A DNA stretch of 64,000 nucleotides from a virus (taxonomy: Duplodnaviria > Caudoviricetes). Location of the stretch: positions 32,001 to 96,000 of IMG/VR virus record IMGVR_UViG_3300033121_001676; one strand, written 5' to 3'. A program made the position numbers and the translations under genes. Below, one piece after another: positions 49,100 to 59,114 of this stretch (its first letter is position 1; each line of letters starts with the position of its first letter). The notes under the pieces are model-generated. The model saw only the letters and a program-made list of their open reading frames with translations, ran no database searches and was not told where the DNA came from.

Positions 49100-49833
49100 G
49101 TGATATATCTGGCGGTGATGGTGGTGTGCCGGATCCAGGAAATGGTATGGCACAAACACCTGAATTTGGATTCGATCCAAATTCAGGTGTAGTCCCAACC
49201 CCGACATATCCTGAAAATGTTATCTGCACACATGAGGATATGTATAGATTTTTTGGTGTAGATAACTATGAAGATTTTATTGAAGTTGTTAGACCTTATA
49301 GAGACGCATCAGCTCAAGCTGGTTTTGGTAGAAGTGCTGATGATTCTTTCTTTACAAGTGGTGATACTATTCCGGTTGGTGAACGATTATTCAGGGTTAC
49401 TCTTGTTTTTAATGATACAGATAATGATATTGTTGAATCAGTTAGTGCTGTTACTCCTAAGGTGGCAGTTAAAAAGATCAAGGTACTCTTCATTGGTCAA
49501 CCATCTCTTAAGAGTAGAGTGGATAACTATCTTGTTGCAATTAGCGTTGATGATATCTACTATGGTAAGTCTTATGTAATGAATCTTGATCTGCTTCAAA
49601 CTCCAACTTTTTATTCAAGAGGAAAACTTGCTGATGCAAGAATTGATTTTGACAACAGGGAGTATTTAACTACTGTTGAAGGTCTTTCAAGACATCAAGA
49701 AGTTCAAGAAGCTGATGGAGAGCTTGTCTTGATTGGTGAAAGATCGACTGAAATTGCGACACCTGCTTGGGTCATGACAGATGTTCCATTTCCATCCTTA
49801 ACGCCTGGGATTTCAATCAACGATGGCACATGA
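49096..49833 (+). CDS. Hypothetical protein
   Basis: Acidic Gly/Pro-rich N-terminus; no motif recognised. Confidence 0.5.
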   Translation: MSDISGGDGGVPDPGNGMAQTPEFGFDPNSGVVPTPTYPENVICTHEDMYRFFGVDNYEDFIEVVRPYRDASAQAGFGRSADDSFFTSGDTIPVGERLFRVTLVFNDTDNDIVESVSAVTPKVAVKKIKVLFIGQPSLKSRVDNYLVAISVDDIYYGKSYVMNLDLLQTPTFYSRGKLADARIDFDNREYLTTVEGLSRHQEVQEADGELVLIGERSTEIATPAWVMTDVPFPSLTPGISINDGT

Positions 49834-50020
49834 AAATGATCAAAAGATTATTGTTTTGCTTACCCAACTTATTGAATTGATTAAATTTCAAACTTCTTTA
49901 ATTGAAAAGAATACACTTCTTCTTCAAGGTGTTGTTGTAGGTCAACAGGAGTTAACACAAGCAATTACTTCTGTCGATTTGAATAGTATTCAAGAAGAGT
50001 TGTTTAAGAAGATTAAGTGA
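49823..50020 (+). CDS. Small coiled-coil protein
   Basis: ORF in the gene train. Confidence 0.4.
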   Translation: MAHENDQKIIVLLTQLIELIKFQTSLIEKNTLLLQGVVVGQQELTQAITSVDLNSIQEELFKKIK

Positions 50021-50832
50021 TGAAACCAACTGTTGTCTATATGTGCGTGATGCGCACTGATAAAGAACGTGATGCAATTCGAATTCATAGTGGCCCAACT
50101 CTTGATGAGACTCTTCATTCAGTCAAGACACTAAGAAGATTTCATCCAGATATCAATGTCGCATTATACACTGACATCAATGGCATCTATAATCATAAAC
50201 CAATTGTTGAAGCAAAGTTTGATATCTTTCCCATTGGTGTAGAGAGAAATGAAATACATTACAAGCATGAAAATTTCTGGGAAAGAAACAAGTGGTGGAT
50301 ACCTGATCTTAGAATTTTGATCGCAAAGATTGATTGTCTTCTCTTACATCCAGGTCCGATTTTATTTCTTGATAGTGATACACAAATCCACGCTCCGCTT
50401 GATGAAATCTTTGAGAGTGATGAATCTTATTTGCATACGAGGGAATATAAGTTTGTTGATTCTACATTCTCAAGTGTCGTGCATAACGTAAGGTGGCAAA
50501 ATTATGGCATTGATCCTAATATCGTAGCCAATTTCTCAATGTTCAACAGTGGTGTTATATGGTTACCACAAGCAAAAAAGCAAATCATCTGGCAGGTGAA
50601 GCAATGGTTGATTGATCAACAAAAAACAATCATTGGTAGTTCTGGCAGTGATAGGTTGAAAGAACAAGTTGCATTGAGTATATTTCTTCAAGCAAATGGT
50701 GAAGTTAGGCAAGCAAAGCATTTGATATCACATTATTGGTGGAGGAGATACAAAGAAGGAATTGATGCTCTTGGTGATAATGCATGGAGATGGTATAAAA
50801 AGATCTATTCAAAGCTTGGTGAAGAAATATGA
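50017..50832 (+). CDS. Nucleotide-diphospho-sugar transferase (GT-A, GT8-like)
   Basis: ILFLDSDT (DxD), FNSGVI, EQVALS, ISHYW. Confidence 0.7.
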   Translation: MMKPTVVYMCVMRTDKERDAIRIHSGPTLDETLHSVKTLRRFHPDINVALYTDINGIYNHKPIVEAKFDIFPIGVERNEIHYKHENFWERNKWWIPDLRILIAKIDCLLLHPGPILFLDSDTQIHAPLDEIFESDESYLHTREYKFVDSTFSSVVHNVRWQNYGIDPNIVANFSMFNSGVIWLPQAKKQIIWQVKQWLIDQQKTIIGSSGSDRLKEQVALSIFLQANGEVRQAKHLISHYWWRRYKEGIDALGDNAWRWYKKIYSKLGEEI

Positions 50833-51194
50833 GTGAAGAAAAACAATACGCAGGATTTTGCACTTCTTGTGGGTGGAAGATTGAAAGCTTCGATTCATTA
50901 TCTGAATGTCCTAATTGCAAGACAAAAATAATTCCTTGTTCGTATGAAGAGCAAGTTAATATTTCAATCAATTGGTACGAATTGCATATAATTTTTTGTT
51001 ATGCAGAAAGATGGGCAATTGATGTTGTTGAAAAGAGTCTTGGAATTGGTGGTAGGGGATTGATTTATGCTATTGCAGAAAGAATTCAAGAACAACATCC
51101 AAAATTAGATAAATTGACAATTGCTGGAGAAATTAATCGTTTGAGAGATGAAGGTTTTGATATTCGAACAAATATTCCTGGTGAAGAAATATGA
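50829..51194 (+). CDS. Zn-ribbon protein
   Basis: CTSCG...CPNC. Confidence 0.5.
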   Translation: MSEEKQYAGFCTSCGWKIESFDSLSECPNCKTKIIPCSYEEQVNISINWYELHIIFCYAERWAIDVVEKSLGIGGRGLIYAIAERIQEQHPKLDKLTIAGEINRLRDEGFDIRTNIPGEEI

Positions 51195-52372
51195 GAGTTG
51201 TTCACGTATTGAATCAAATTGATGTTGGTGGTACAGAAAAGACAGCTCAGATTTTCTGCAGACTACTTCCGAAGTTTGGTTGCATTGAACCATACATGTA
51301 TTCTCTTGATGGAGGGTGGAGAGTTTGGCCTATCAAGAGTGAAAAAACACCACTGACTGTTGGAACTGCTGAAAATCTCTATGGTTATATGATGAACCAT
51401 GATATTGATATGATTCATCTTCATAGAGCAGGTTGGGCTGAAGATGGTGTAATGAAATCTATCATGCAGGCTTTTACAGAGATGGAAAAGCCTATCTACA
51501 TTTTTGAAACAAATGTCTTTGGTGATGGTGATAGAGGACCTTACGGAAAGTTTATCAATAGACATTTATTTGTCAGCAATTACACGAAAGAGATTTATAA
51601 CAGAGGAACGTTTTCAGATTTAAGAACGCCACAAGAAAAGCTTCAAGTCCTCTACAACCCAATTGATCTCCCTGATGGTGAAGAAAAGAAGAGAAGAAGA
51701 GATTTCAGGGCAGAGTTAGATATACCACAAGATGCTTTTGTTTGTGGTAGAATTGGAAGATCAGCAAATTATCACGGCATCTCAATGATGGCTTTGAAGA
51801 AGCTGTGGGATGAGAAGCGTGACGTATATTTTGTCGCGGTCTTGCCTGATCGTGCGATGATTAAAGAGTTGAATAAAGTAACTCATGATTGTGTTAGGAT
51901 AATTGATGAGCCACTTATTTATCAAGATCAAATCAGTCTTTTTTACTTCGGTATTGATGTTCTTTTGCATGATCGAGTTGATGGAGAAACATTTGGTTGT
52001 AGTATTGCTGAAGCGATGGTACACGGAAGACCAATAGTTAGTCATATCAGTAAGAAGTACCAAGGTCATTTAGAAACGATGTTGATGAATTCAAATGCAG
52101 CATTACAGGTAATCGGACTTGGTCCAAGAGATATTAAATTCAAAGATGGTAGGGTTAAGATGTGTGCATCAGGTTTTATTACTGGTGTTGATGATTATGA
52201 GGCGTATGCTGATTGTATTATGCAAGCGAGTACACATAGAGCGATGTATTCACAAAAAGTTGCTGATGCAGCGAGGGTAAGATTTTCAAGTGAAATGATC
52301 GCTGAAACACTTGCATGGCATTATGATGACGTTACAAGACTCGGACACCATCAATACAAGAGAGGAATGTGA
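51191..52372 (+). CDS. Glycosyltransferase family 4
   Basis: GGTEK, VLYNPID, ETFGCSIAEAMVHGRPIV. Confidence 0.88.
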   Translation: MRVVHVLNQIDVGGTEKTAQIFCRLLPKFGCIEPYMYSLDGGWRVWPIKSEKTPLTVGTAENLYGYMMNHDIDMIHLHRAGWAEDGVMKSIMQAFTEMEKPIYIFETNVFGDGDRGPYGKFINRHLFVSNYTKEIYNRGTFSDLRTPQEKLQVLYNPIDLPDGEEKKRRRDFRAELDIPQDAFVCGRIGRSANYHGISMMALKKLWDEKRDVYFVAVLPDRAMIKELNKVTHDCVRIIDEPLIYQDQISLFYFGIDVLLHDRVDGETFGCSIAEAMVHGRPIVSHISKKYQGHLETMLMNSNAALQVIGLGPRDIKFKDGRVKMCASGFITGVDDYEAYADCIMQASTHRAMYSQKVADAARVRFSSEMIAETLAWHYDDVTRLGHHQYKRGM

Positions 52373-53076
52373 TGAAAAACATCATCCTTGGCATACTTAA
52401 TCATAACAGGTACGATTTGTTCAAAAGAACTATGCAATCATTGATTGAAAGTGGTGTTACGAAAAGAAATGATGTAAAATTGATTCTTTGGGATAATAAT
52501 TCTGATGGTGAAATTAAGTCGAAAATCAGAAAAGAATTTGGTCATGTATTTTCAAGAATTATGTTCCACCATGAAAATGCTGGTATCGGTGGTGGGATGA
52601 ATGGATTGCACAATAATGCAAGAAATATGAATGCTGATTATTACATTCATGTTGAAAATGATTGGATGTGTGATAGAAAAGATTCAACTTGGATTGATGA
52701 TTGTTTGGAGATCTTTGATTCTCAAATAAGTGTTGGAATTATCAAATTGAGAGCAAAAGATGATGGTCAATATGAAATGCAAGGGCAGAATTATCCAACT
52801 GTTGCAATGAAGTATTCTCCTTGGTGGGTTGAACCAATTCCAAGCTATGTTAAGAGTGGATCAACAAATTCTGGCCATCACTATTACTATGCTTTTGTCA
52901 CAAAAGGATATTCAAACAATCCACATATTTTGAGAATGGAAATGGTTAAAGATTGGATTTTTGATTCAGCAGTAAAAGGTAAGGGACTTGAAGAAGAAAA
53001 GATGGAAGATCGACCAGCACAAGAAGATTGGTCAACGTGCCAGTATTCTGATGGAATTTTTCATCATATCGGCTAA
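52369..53076 (+). CDS. Glycosyltransferase family 2
   Basis: ILNHNR, LWDNNSD, ENAG, HVENDW, FHHIG. Confidence 0.8.
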   Translation: MMKNIILGILNHNRYDLFKRTMQSLIESGVTKRNDVKLILWDNNSDGEIKSKIRKEFGHVFSRIMFHHENAGIGGGMNGLHNNARNMNADYYIHVENDWMCDRKDSTWIDDCLEIFDSQISVGIIKLRAKDDGQYEMQGQNYPTVAMKYSPWWVEPIPSYVKSGSTNSGHHYYYAFVTKGYSNNPHILRMEMVKDWIFDSAVKGKGLEEEKMEDRPAQEDWSTCQYSDGIFHHIG

Positions 53077-53179
53077 TTTTCAAAAATGTTGAGATGAATA
53101 AACTCTGCTCTCGAGAATTGTGGCCTTTTTGCTCGAAAACCCATTCTGAAACGCTCAAACCAGTATAAAACAACGTAAA

Positions 53180-53443
53180 ATGCTAACACAACAGGTTATA
53201 GAGGCGAAAATCACTGTTCTTCAAGCTGCCTACAGGAAAATTGTTGAAAAGAAGATTAGATCGATTTCAATGAGAAACGCTTTTGTCACAGAACCAGGAT
53301 CTTGCACACCACCAACTCCTGAATTGTTACAACAATCACTTGATTTTGAAAATAATTGTGAAATGAGGCTTGTAAGAATTCGATTCATGATTGATATTTT
53401 TGAATTTGTTCTTGGAAAAGTACCAACATTGCCGGCGATCTGA
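53180..53443 (+). CDS. Hypothetical protein
   Basis: First ORF of the deazaguanine block. Confidence 0.45.
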   Translation: MLTQQVIEAKITVLQAAYRKIVEKKIRSISMRNAFVTEPGSCTPPTPELLQQSLDFENNCEMRLVRIRFMIDIFEFVLGKVPTLPAI

Positions 53444-53445
53444 AA

Positions 53446-53877
53446 ATGCAAATTACAAGATCATTTGAAATTGATGCAGGCCATCGTGTTTATGGTCATG
53501 AAGGTAAGTGTGCCATGATTCATGGGCACAGATGGAAAATTGAAGTTACAATTGAAAATGATGTTTTGGATGAAGTTGGGCGTGTTCTTGATTATTCAGA
53601 AATGAAGCGTATTTTTGGTGGATGGCTTGATAAACACTGGGATCACAAACTCTTGATTTCCAATAATGATGTTCAATTAAGAAAGCTTTCATCTTCATTT
53701 GGGAGAGTTACAGTACCTTTTAATCCTACTTCAGAAAACATTGCGAAGTATTTGTTTGAAGTATTTGATGATTTAATTGAAGATGAATTGCATGGGAATT
53801 TATCAAAAGTTGTGAAAGTCAGAGTTTGTGAAACTCCTAACTGTTGGGCAGAATACATTCCTCTTGAGATCAAATGA
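53446..53877 (+). CDS. queD: 6-carboxytetrahydropterin synthase QueD
   Basis: DAGHR, KCAMIHGHRW, WDHK, NPTSENIA, ETPNCWA. Confidence 0.92.
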   Translation: MQITRSFEIDAGHRVYGHEGKCAMIHGHRWKIEVTIENDVLDEVGRVLDYSEMKRIFGGWLDKHWDHKLLISNNDVQLRKLSSSFGRVTVPFNPTSENIAKYLFEVFDDLIEDELHGNLSKVVKVRVCETPNCWAEYIPLEIK

Positions 53878-53893
53878 AGACAGGATATGGTTG

Positions 53894-54670
53894 ATGAAAC
53901 TCGTCATAAGTGAGATTTTTCACAACATTCAAGGTGAAGGTATCTGGCAAGGGACACCTTCATTTTTTTTAAGGACTGCTGGTTGTAGTATCAAATGCCC
54001 ATCCTGTGACACAATTTATTCTTGGGCAAAAGAGCGTGCTGAAGGTCTCTCAAAATCTGCATATTTTGAAATTGATACCGATGATATTGTGATGCAAATT
54101 GTCGAAACACATCTCAAATACATTGTCTTTACTGGTGGTGAACCTGTTGAGCAGATTGAACCACTTGTTGAGATCATGAAACATGATTTATTGAAGAATC
54201 GAATCTTTACGATTGAAACAAGTGGCAACATTGACTTTGATCCAACCCCATTCCACATGATTAGTATTTCTCCAAAAATGGCAGGAATGATGGGGAGAAA
54301 ACTACCTCATACAAGATACCTGCATTTGCCAAAATTGATTGAAACAGCATTTTTGAAAAGAAGAATGGTTCAACTCAAATATGTCATTGCAACGTTGGAA
54401 GATTTGCATGAAGCACAATCTTTGACAATGGATATTGTTCCAGAAAAGTATAGAGGAATGATTACTGTGATTTTTCAACCAAACAATTTGAACTTTAGTG
54501 CAGAATCAAATCCGATCAATGGTATTACTTCATATCTTGAAAATCTTAAGAATATGACATCACAGTTCATGGCAGGTGTGAAAAATGCTGGTTTTTATCA
54601 ATTCTTTCCACATACAAGAGTTCTGATGCAGAATCATTGGTTGCTTTATGGAAGACATCGCGGTACATGA
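53894..54670 (+). CDS. queE: 7-carboxy-7-deazaguanine synthase QueE (radical SAM)
   Basis: SEIFHNIQGEG, CSIKCPSCDT, FTGGEP, IETSG, ISPK. Confidence 0.92.
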   Translation: MKLVISEIFHNIQGEGIWQGTPSFFLRTAGCSIKCPSCDTIYSWAKERAEGLSKSAYFEIDTDDIVMQIVETHLKYIVFTGGEPVEQIEPLVEIMKHDLLKNRIFTIETSGNIDFDPTPFHMISISPKMAGMMGRKLPHTRYLHLPKLIETAFLKRRMVQLKYVIATLEDLHEAQSLTMDIVPEKYRGMITVIFQPNNLNFSAESNPINGITSYLENLKNMTSQFMAGVKNAGFYQFFPHTRVLMQNHWLLYGRHRGT

Positions 54671-54731
54671 GGATCTGGTTCATATCAGAGATGAAATCTA
54701 CATACACAAGGACTTTTTCAAAGGAAGAACG

Positions 54732-55049
54732 ATGAGGATTTCTGAAATACAAGAAAAGATGGTCGAATGGCTCCAGCACAATTTTCCAAATAGCGGTTGG
54801 CAAGATCAATTCATGGGTGTTGTTGAAGAAGTTGGTGAGCTTTCTCATTCACTTCTCAAACAGAAGCAAGGAATTCGTGGAACTTATGAACAACACGAAG
54901 CAGATGCGATAGATGCTGTTGGGGATATTGCAATCTATCTCCTTGCACTTTGTATTCGTCGTGGTTGGGATTTTGAAAAGATTGTGAATGATACTTTTGA
55001 TGTTGTTATGAAGAGAGATTGGAAGGCAAGACCAAATGGACCTGAATGA
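54732..55049 (+). CDS. MazG-like NTP pyrophosphohydrolase
   Basis: GVVEEVGEL...DAVGDIAIYL. Confidence 0.8.
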   Translation: MRISEIQEKMVEWLQHNFPNSGWQDQFMGVVEEVGELSHSLLKQKQGIRGTYEQHEADAIDAVGDIAIYLLALCIRRGWDFEKIVNDTFDVVMKRDWKARPNGPE

Positions 55050-55239
55050 AAAACAACCACAAAAACCACTTGATATCATGAAAAATGTTGAATTTCTTCG
55101 ACAGAGAGAAGAGTATATTGTAGAACTTTTGAATCTAACTTCAAAAATGATGTTTATCAGATATAAGAAGTTGATTGAGTGTGGTTTTACTGAATTCCAA
55201 TCTCTTGAAATCATCAAAGCAAGGGGATATATAGAATGA
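55036..55239 (+). CDS. Small hypothetical protein
   Basis: YKKLIECGFTEFQSLEII; coupled to queC. Confidence 0.45.
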   Translation: MDLNEKQPQKPLDIMKNVEFLRQREEYIVELLNLTSKMMFIRYKKLIECGFTEFQSLEIIKARGYIE

Positions 55240-55997
55240 AATCTTCAGGTGTTGGTCATGTTGTTTTAGTGAGTGGTGGTGCAGATTCTGCAACAGTTCT
55301 TGCGATGGCGAATGAACTTTACCAAGAAGAATTGAAATCTGGTATTGATAGCCATCTTGTAACTTTTCATTGCAACTATGGTCAAAGAACTGAATTGAGA
55401 GAGTTGACATCTTATAACAGAATTTGTGATCACTATTCAATCAAGGCAGAAGATAGATATATTATTGATATTGGTTATTTGACAAGAATTGGTGGAAGTT
55501 GCTTGACTGATAAGAAAATAAGTGTCCCAAAAGATGCTGAAGCATTGAAGAAAAAGATTGTACCAGTTTCTTATGTACCTTGCAGGAATCTTAATTTGCT
55601 TGCAATTGCATCTTCAATTGCAGCGGTTAAGGGATCAAGCAACATCTGGATTGGTGTTGTTGAACAGGACTCTTCAGGATATCCTGATTGTCGTGGTGAA
55701 TTTATTGATAATGCAAACCATGCAATTAATTGCGGTCTTCCGGATGGACATGATGTGGTTATTGATGCTCCTCTTCTTACGATGAAGAAGAGTGACATCA
55801 TTGCTGCTGGAATCAAACTTCAGGTGCCTTATCACATGACTTGGTCTTGTTATGAGGATAATTTTACGGCTTGTGGTGAATGTGACTCTTGCAGACTTCG
55901 TATTCTGAGTTTTGAAAAGAATGGCATTTGTGATCCGATCAACTATAACAGACCGTGGAACGAGATTGTTGATTTTGTTAAGGGATTCAAAGAATGA
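55236..55997 (+). CDS. queC: 7-cyano-7-deazaguanine synthase QueC
   Basis: SGGADS, NYGQR, YVPCRN, YPDCR, TWSCY...CGECDSC. Confidence 0.95.
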   Translation: MKSSGVGHVVLVSGGADSATVLAMANELYQEELKSGIDSHLVTFHCNYGQRTELRELTSYNRICDHYSIKAEDRYIIDIGYLTRIGGSCLTDKKISVPKDAEALKKKIVPVSYVPCRNLNLLAIASSIAAVKGSSNIWIGVVEQDSSGYPDCRGEFIDNANHAINCGLPDGHDVVIDAPLLTMKKSDIIAAGIKLQVPYHMTWSCYEDNFTACGECDSCRLRILSFEKNGICDPINYNRPWNEIVDFVKGFKE

Positions 55998-56227
55998 TAT
56001 GCGAAAAGCATAAAGTTCAATTCAAAGACCATTGCGAAGAATGTAAGAGAAATTATTTGATTGATTCTGCAACAGAATTTGAAAAAATCCGTAATGAAAT
56101 TCTATTCAAACAAAGATGGTTTTGGAATGATCCAGAAGTAGTCAATAATCCTGTGACCTATCAACACTCTACAGGGTCATATACTTTCACATTCTCTGGA
56201 GGTAATCAAAACAATGGTGCCTTCTGA
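55994..56227 (+). CDS. Small Cys/His protein
   Basis: CEKH...CEEC. Confidence 0.4.
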   Translation: MICEKHKVQFKDHCEECKRNYLIDSATEFEKIRNEILFKQRWFWNDPEVVNNPVTYQHSTGSYTFTFSGGNQNNGAF

Positions 56228-56786
56228 TAAAGAATCTTATCTTGCTTCAATTTATGCAAATATTCTTGAATTCACACTTTATCCGAATTGGAGGGATGAT
56301 CCGAATACGAAAGAAACCCCGAGGAGGGTTGCAAAATCTCTTCTTGAATTGACTTCTGGTTATACAGAAGATGTTGAACAGTATATCAAAACTTTTGATA
56401 CGAGTGAATATAATCAAATCATAGCAGTCAAAAATATTGACTACTATAGCCTCTGTGCTCATCACATGCTTCCTTTCTTTGGAAAGATTACTGTTGCATA
56501 TATCCCGAATGGAAAAGTTCTTGGATTGAGCAAGTTTGCAAGAATTTCGCACGCATTCGCAAGAAGATTGCAAATTCAAGAACAGTTAACTGAACAGATT
56601 TGCAACTTTATCCATGAAAGACTTAAGCCAAAGGCAACTGCCGTCTATATCACAGGCACACATCTTTGCATGTCAATGAGAGGTGTTGAATGCCCGAATG
56701 CTGTGACAGAAACTTCAGCATTGCGTGGTGCATTCATGGATGAAGCTGAAACAAGGGCTGAACTATTTAAGATCATAAAATCGTGA
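56214..56786 (+). CDS. folE: GTP cyclohydrolase I FolE
   Basis: ETPRRVAK, SLCAHHMLPF, GLSKFAR, LQIQEQLT, HLCMSMRG. Confidence 0.95.
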   Translation: MVPSDKESYLASIYANILEFTLYPNWRDDPNTKETPRRVAKSLLELTSGYTEDVEQYIKTFDTSEYNQIIAVKNIDYYSLCAHHMLPFFGKITVAYIPNGKVLGLSKFARISHAFARRLQIQEQLTEQICNFIHERLKPKATAVYITGTHLCMSMRGVECPNAVTETSALRGAFMDEAETRAELFKIIKS

Positions 56787-56835
56787 ACAACAACGTGCCA
56801 AATCCGCCATTCCTGGCTTGTTTGAGCGGTTTTGG

Positions 56836-56844
56836 TGCTATAAT
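56836..56844 (+). promoter_or_regulatory. Extended -10 promoter upstream of queF-dpdA
   Basis: TGC-TATAAT in the intergenic region. Confidence 0.4.
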
Positions 56845-57003
56845 GGTGCAACTCGTATGTATGCACAAAAACAAGCCAGGAGAAGCGATTGTGGGCCATT
56901 CTTGCCTTTTTGATTGTAAGTTGGCCGGTTTGGTTTCCGTTGTGGTGGATCTTTTTTCATAAAAAGAACGTCAAACAAGAAAAAGTAGAAGAGGTCAGGT
57001 GCA

Positions 57004-57453
57004 ATGGATGCTGCTCAAAACACTGTTACAATTCCATTGAATCCGAAAGATTTGAAGACGACTCACCGCTTAGAGGCATTTCCGAATGAGTATAGTGGCA
57101 CAAGGCCATACCAGATAAAGTGTAGAAGTGATGAGTTTTCAGCTGTTTGCCCAAGATCTGGACTTCCTGATCTTTACACTCTTGAAATTACATACATTCC
57201 TGGTGACTACTGTGTTGAATTGAAAAGTTTGAAGATGTATTTGACATGTTTCCGTAATGTTGGAATGTTTGTTGAAAATCTTGCAAACCTCATTGCAGAC
57301 AATTTTGTTGAAGCAATCCACCCTCATTTTTTGCAGGTTGTAATACAGCAAGCAATTCGAGGTGGAATTTTCACGACAGTAAACGTCACTCGTGGAAAGC
57401 ACCCTGAAGAACCTGAAGTTGTTGGTTCTGATGATTATGATACAATGTCATGA
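57004..57453 (+). CDS. queF: PreQ0 reductase QueF (type I)
   Basis: EFSAVCPRSGLPD, QueF motif VELKSLKMY, RGGI. Confidence 0.9.
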   Translation: MDAAQNTVTIPLNPKDLKTTHRLEAFPNEYSGTRPYQIKCRSDEFSAVCPRSGLPDLYTLEITYIPGDYCVELKSLKMYLTCFRNVGMFVENLANLIADNFVEAIHPHFLQVVIQQAIRGGIFTTVNVTRGKHPEEPEVVGSDDYDTMS

Positions 57454-57965
57454 TTAACACACTGGCAGCAAAAAGAGAGTATATTGGCAAATCAATCTTG
57501 CCAAGTATGTCATTCTATGTCATTATTCAAAAGGATGGCAATAGATCAGGATATTGCACATTTGATGATCCTACAAGTGAAGGCGGGTCAGATCCTGTAA
57601 GGACATTGGTTGCATTCACTAATCAAGAAAAAGCTGAGAAGTATATTGTTGATCAATTGAGAGGAATAGGAGAAGTTAAAGTAATCAATCTCACAACAAG
57701 AGGTGCTGGTGATTTATTTAGAATGATGATTAAGAACAAGATTTACTTCTTTACTTTTGATAGGACTCCTTTTGTTGCAATTAGAGATTTGGGAAATTGT
57801 GTCTTCATTTCTATCAAGCTTTTTGCTGAAGTTGTTGGTAAGTATGTTGAAGCAGTTAAAGAATTGGCAATGAGAGAAAAGTGGCTGCCAGATGATTCAA
57901 TGATTGTTGATTTGCCAGAGAATGTGAAAGATATTGTTGAAGGAAGAAATAAAAGAGGAAGTTGA
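57450..57965 (+). CDS. Hypothetical protein
   Basis: Coupled between queF and the dpdA-like gene. Confidence 0.5.
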   Translation: MINTLAAKREYIGKSILPSMSFYVIIQKDGNRSGYCTFDDPTSEGGSDPVRTLVAFTNQEKAEKYIVDQLRGIGEVKVINLTTRGAGDLFRMMIKNKIYFFTFDRTPFVAIRDLGNCVFISIKLFAEVVGKYVEAVKELAMREKWLPDDSMIVDLPENVKDIVEGRNKRGS

Positions 57966-58969
57966 TGTGCTCAAAACTTTATGATCCACACAACATTCTT
58001 TCTCATGATCGAATAAATATTATCTTTGCTGGCAGTGTCAAGATTAGTGATTTTGAAGGATGGGATATTAAGAAAAGACTTGTTTGCCACGAAGATACGA
58101 AAATTACTTATCAACATCTTGATTTCTATCGATCAATGCCAAAGATGTTTATTATTCTTGATTCAGGCGCATTTTCTGCCTGGACAAAAGGCGCAGAAAT
58201 CAATATTGATGAATTCACATTAAAAATCATTGAATATTCAGATATTTTGAACATGGCCGCCAATCTTGACGTCATTCCAGGCAGCCGTGGAAATAGACAG
58301 ATTACTGAAAGTCAAAATGAAGAAGCTGCAATTGCTGGTTGGAAGAACTACATTTACATTTTGAATAAGTTGAAATGGCATGGCCGAGAAGATCTTACAA
58401 CAAGAATAATGCCTATCCATCATCAAGGTGAAAAACTTGATGTTTTGAAGAGAATGATTGATTATGGTTGCACATATGTTGGCATTAGCCCAAGCAATGA
58501 TGCGACAACAATACAGAGAATTAAATATCTTGATGAAGTATTCTCATACCTTCTTACTCTACCTGAGAGGATCTTAACGCACGGTTATGCAGTTACAAGC
58601 GAAGTATTGATGGCGAAGTATCCTTGGTTCACAGTTGATTCAATTAGTTGGATATATACTGCTGGTTTCGGGACAGTGAAGACGCCGTTTGGAAGCTTTT
58701 GCTTCAGTGAAGATCCGAGATCACTTAAGAATAAAGAAAACTTACTCATTACTTTTGATGAAGACGGTTCTTGGACAATAGGTAATCCTGAATACCAGCA
58801 CTTGAAGAATGACTTAGAACAATATCTTGTTGAACAACTTATGATTGATCCGCATTCACTTGGTCAAGACTATTGGGCAAGAGCGAAAGCGAACATACTT
58901 TATCTGCAAGAATTTGAAAGAAATGCTATTTTGAGAAACAAGATTGAACATTCAACTCAAATACTTTAG
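57962..58969 (+). CDS. dpdA: DpdA-like 7-deazaguanine DNA transglycosylase (TGT fold)
   Basis: ILDSGAFSAW, NLDVIPG, MPIHHQGE, THGYAVT, YPWFTVDSISW; clustered with que genes. Confidence 0.75.
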   Translation: MMCSKLYDPHNILSHDRINIIFAGSVKISDFEGWDIKKRLVCHEDTKITYQHLDFYRSMPKMFIILDSGAFSAWTKGAEINIDEFTLKIIEYSDILNMAANLDVIPGSRGNRQITESQNEEAAIAGWKNYIYILNKLKWHGREDLTTRIMPIHHQGEKLDVLKRMIDYGCTYVGISPSNDATTIQRIKYLDEVFSYLLTLPERILTHGYAVTSEVLMAKYPWFTVDSISWIYTAGFGTVKTPFGSFCFSEDPRSLKNKENLLITFDEDGSWTIGNPEYQHLKNDLEQYLVEQLMIDPHSLGQDYWARAKANILYLQEFERNAILRNKIEHSTQIL

Positions 58970-59046
58970 ACCTACGTTACTTAATGCGGCAAAAGCAAAG
59001 TGTTGTGAATTGCGTAGAAGCCGCTTTTTCCGCTGCAATGGCATTG

Positions 59047-59052
59047 TATAAT
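59047..59052 (+). promoter_or_regulatory. -10 box upstream of the Ubl operon
   Basis: TATAAT in a 145-bp intergenic gap; no clear -35. Confidence 0.35.
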
Positions 59053-59114
59053 AGGTGCGCGCTCAATGTTTGGGCGCATAGTGTGCAATTGGCAGCAACA
59101 CAAGGAATGCAACA

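Noticed and set aside
45570-55049. Z-genome (2-aminoadenine) system from HD plus MazG genes
   Set aside because: No PurZ/adenylosuccinate-synthetase homolog in the window, and the context is deazaguanine synthesis.
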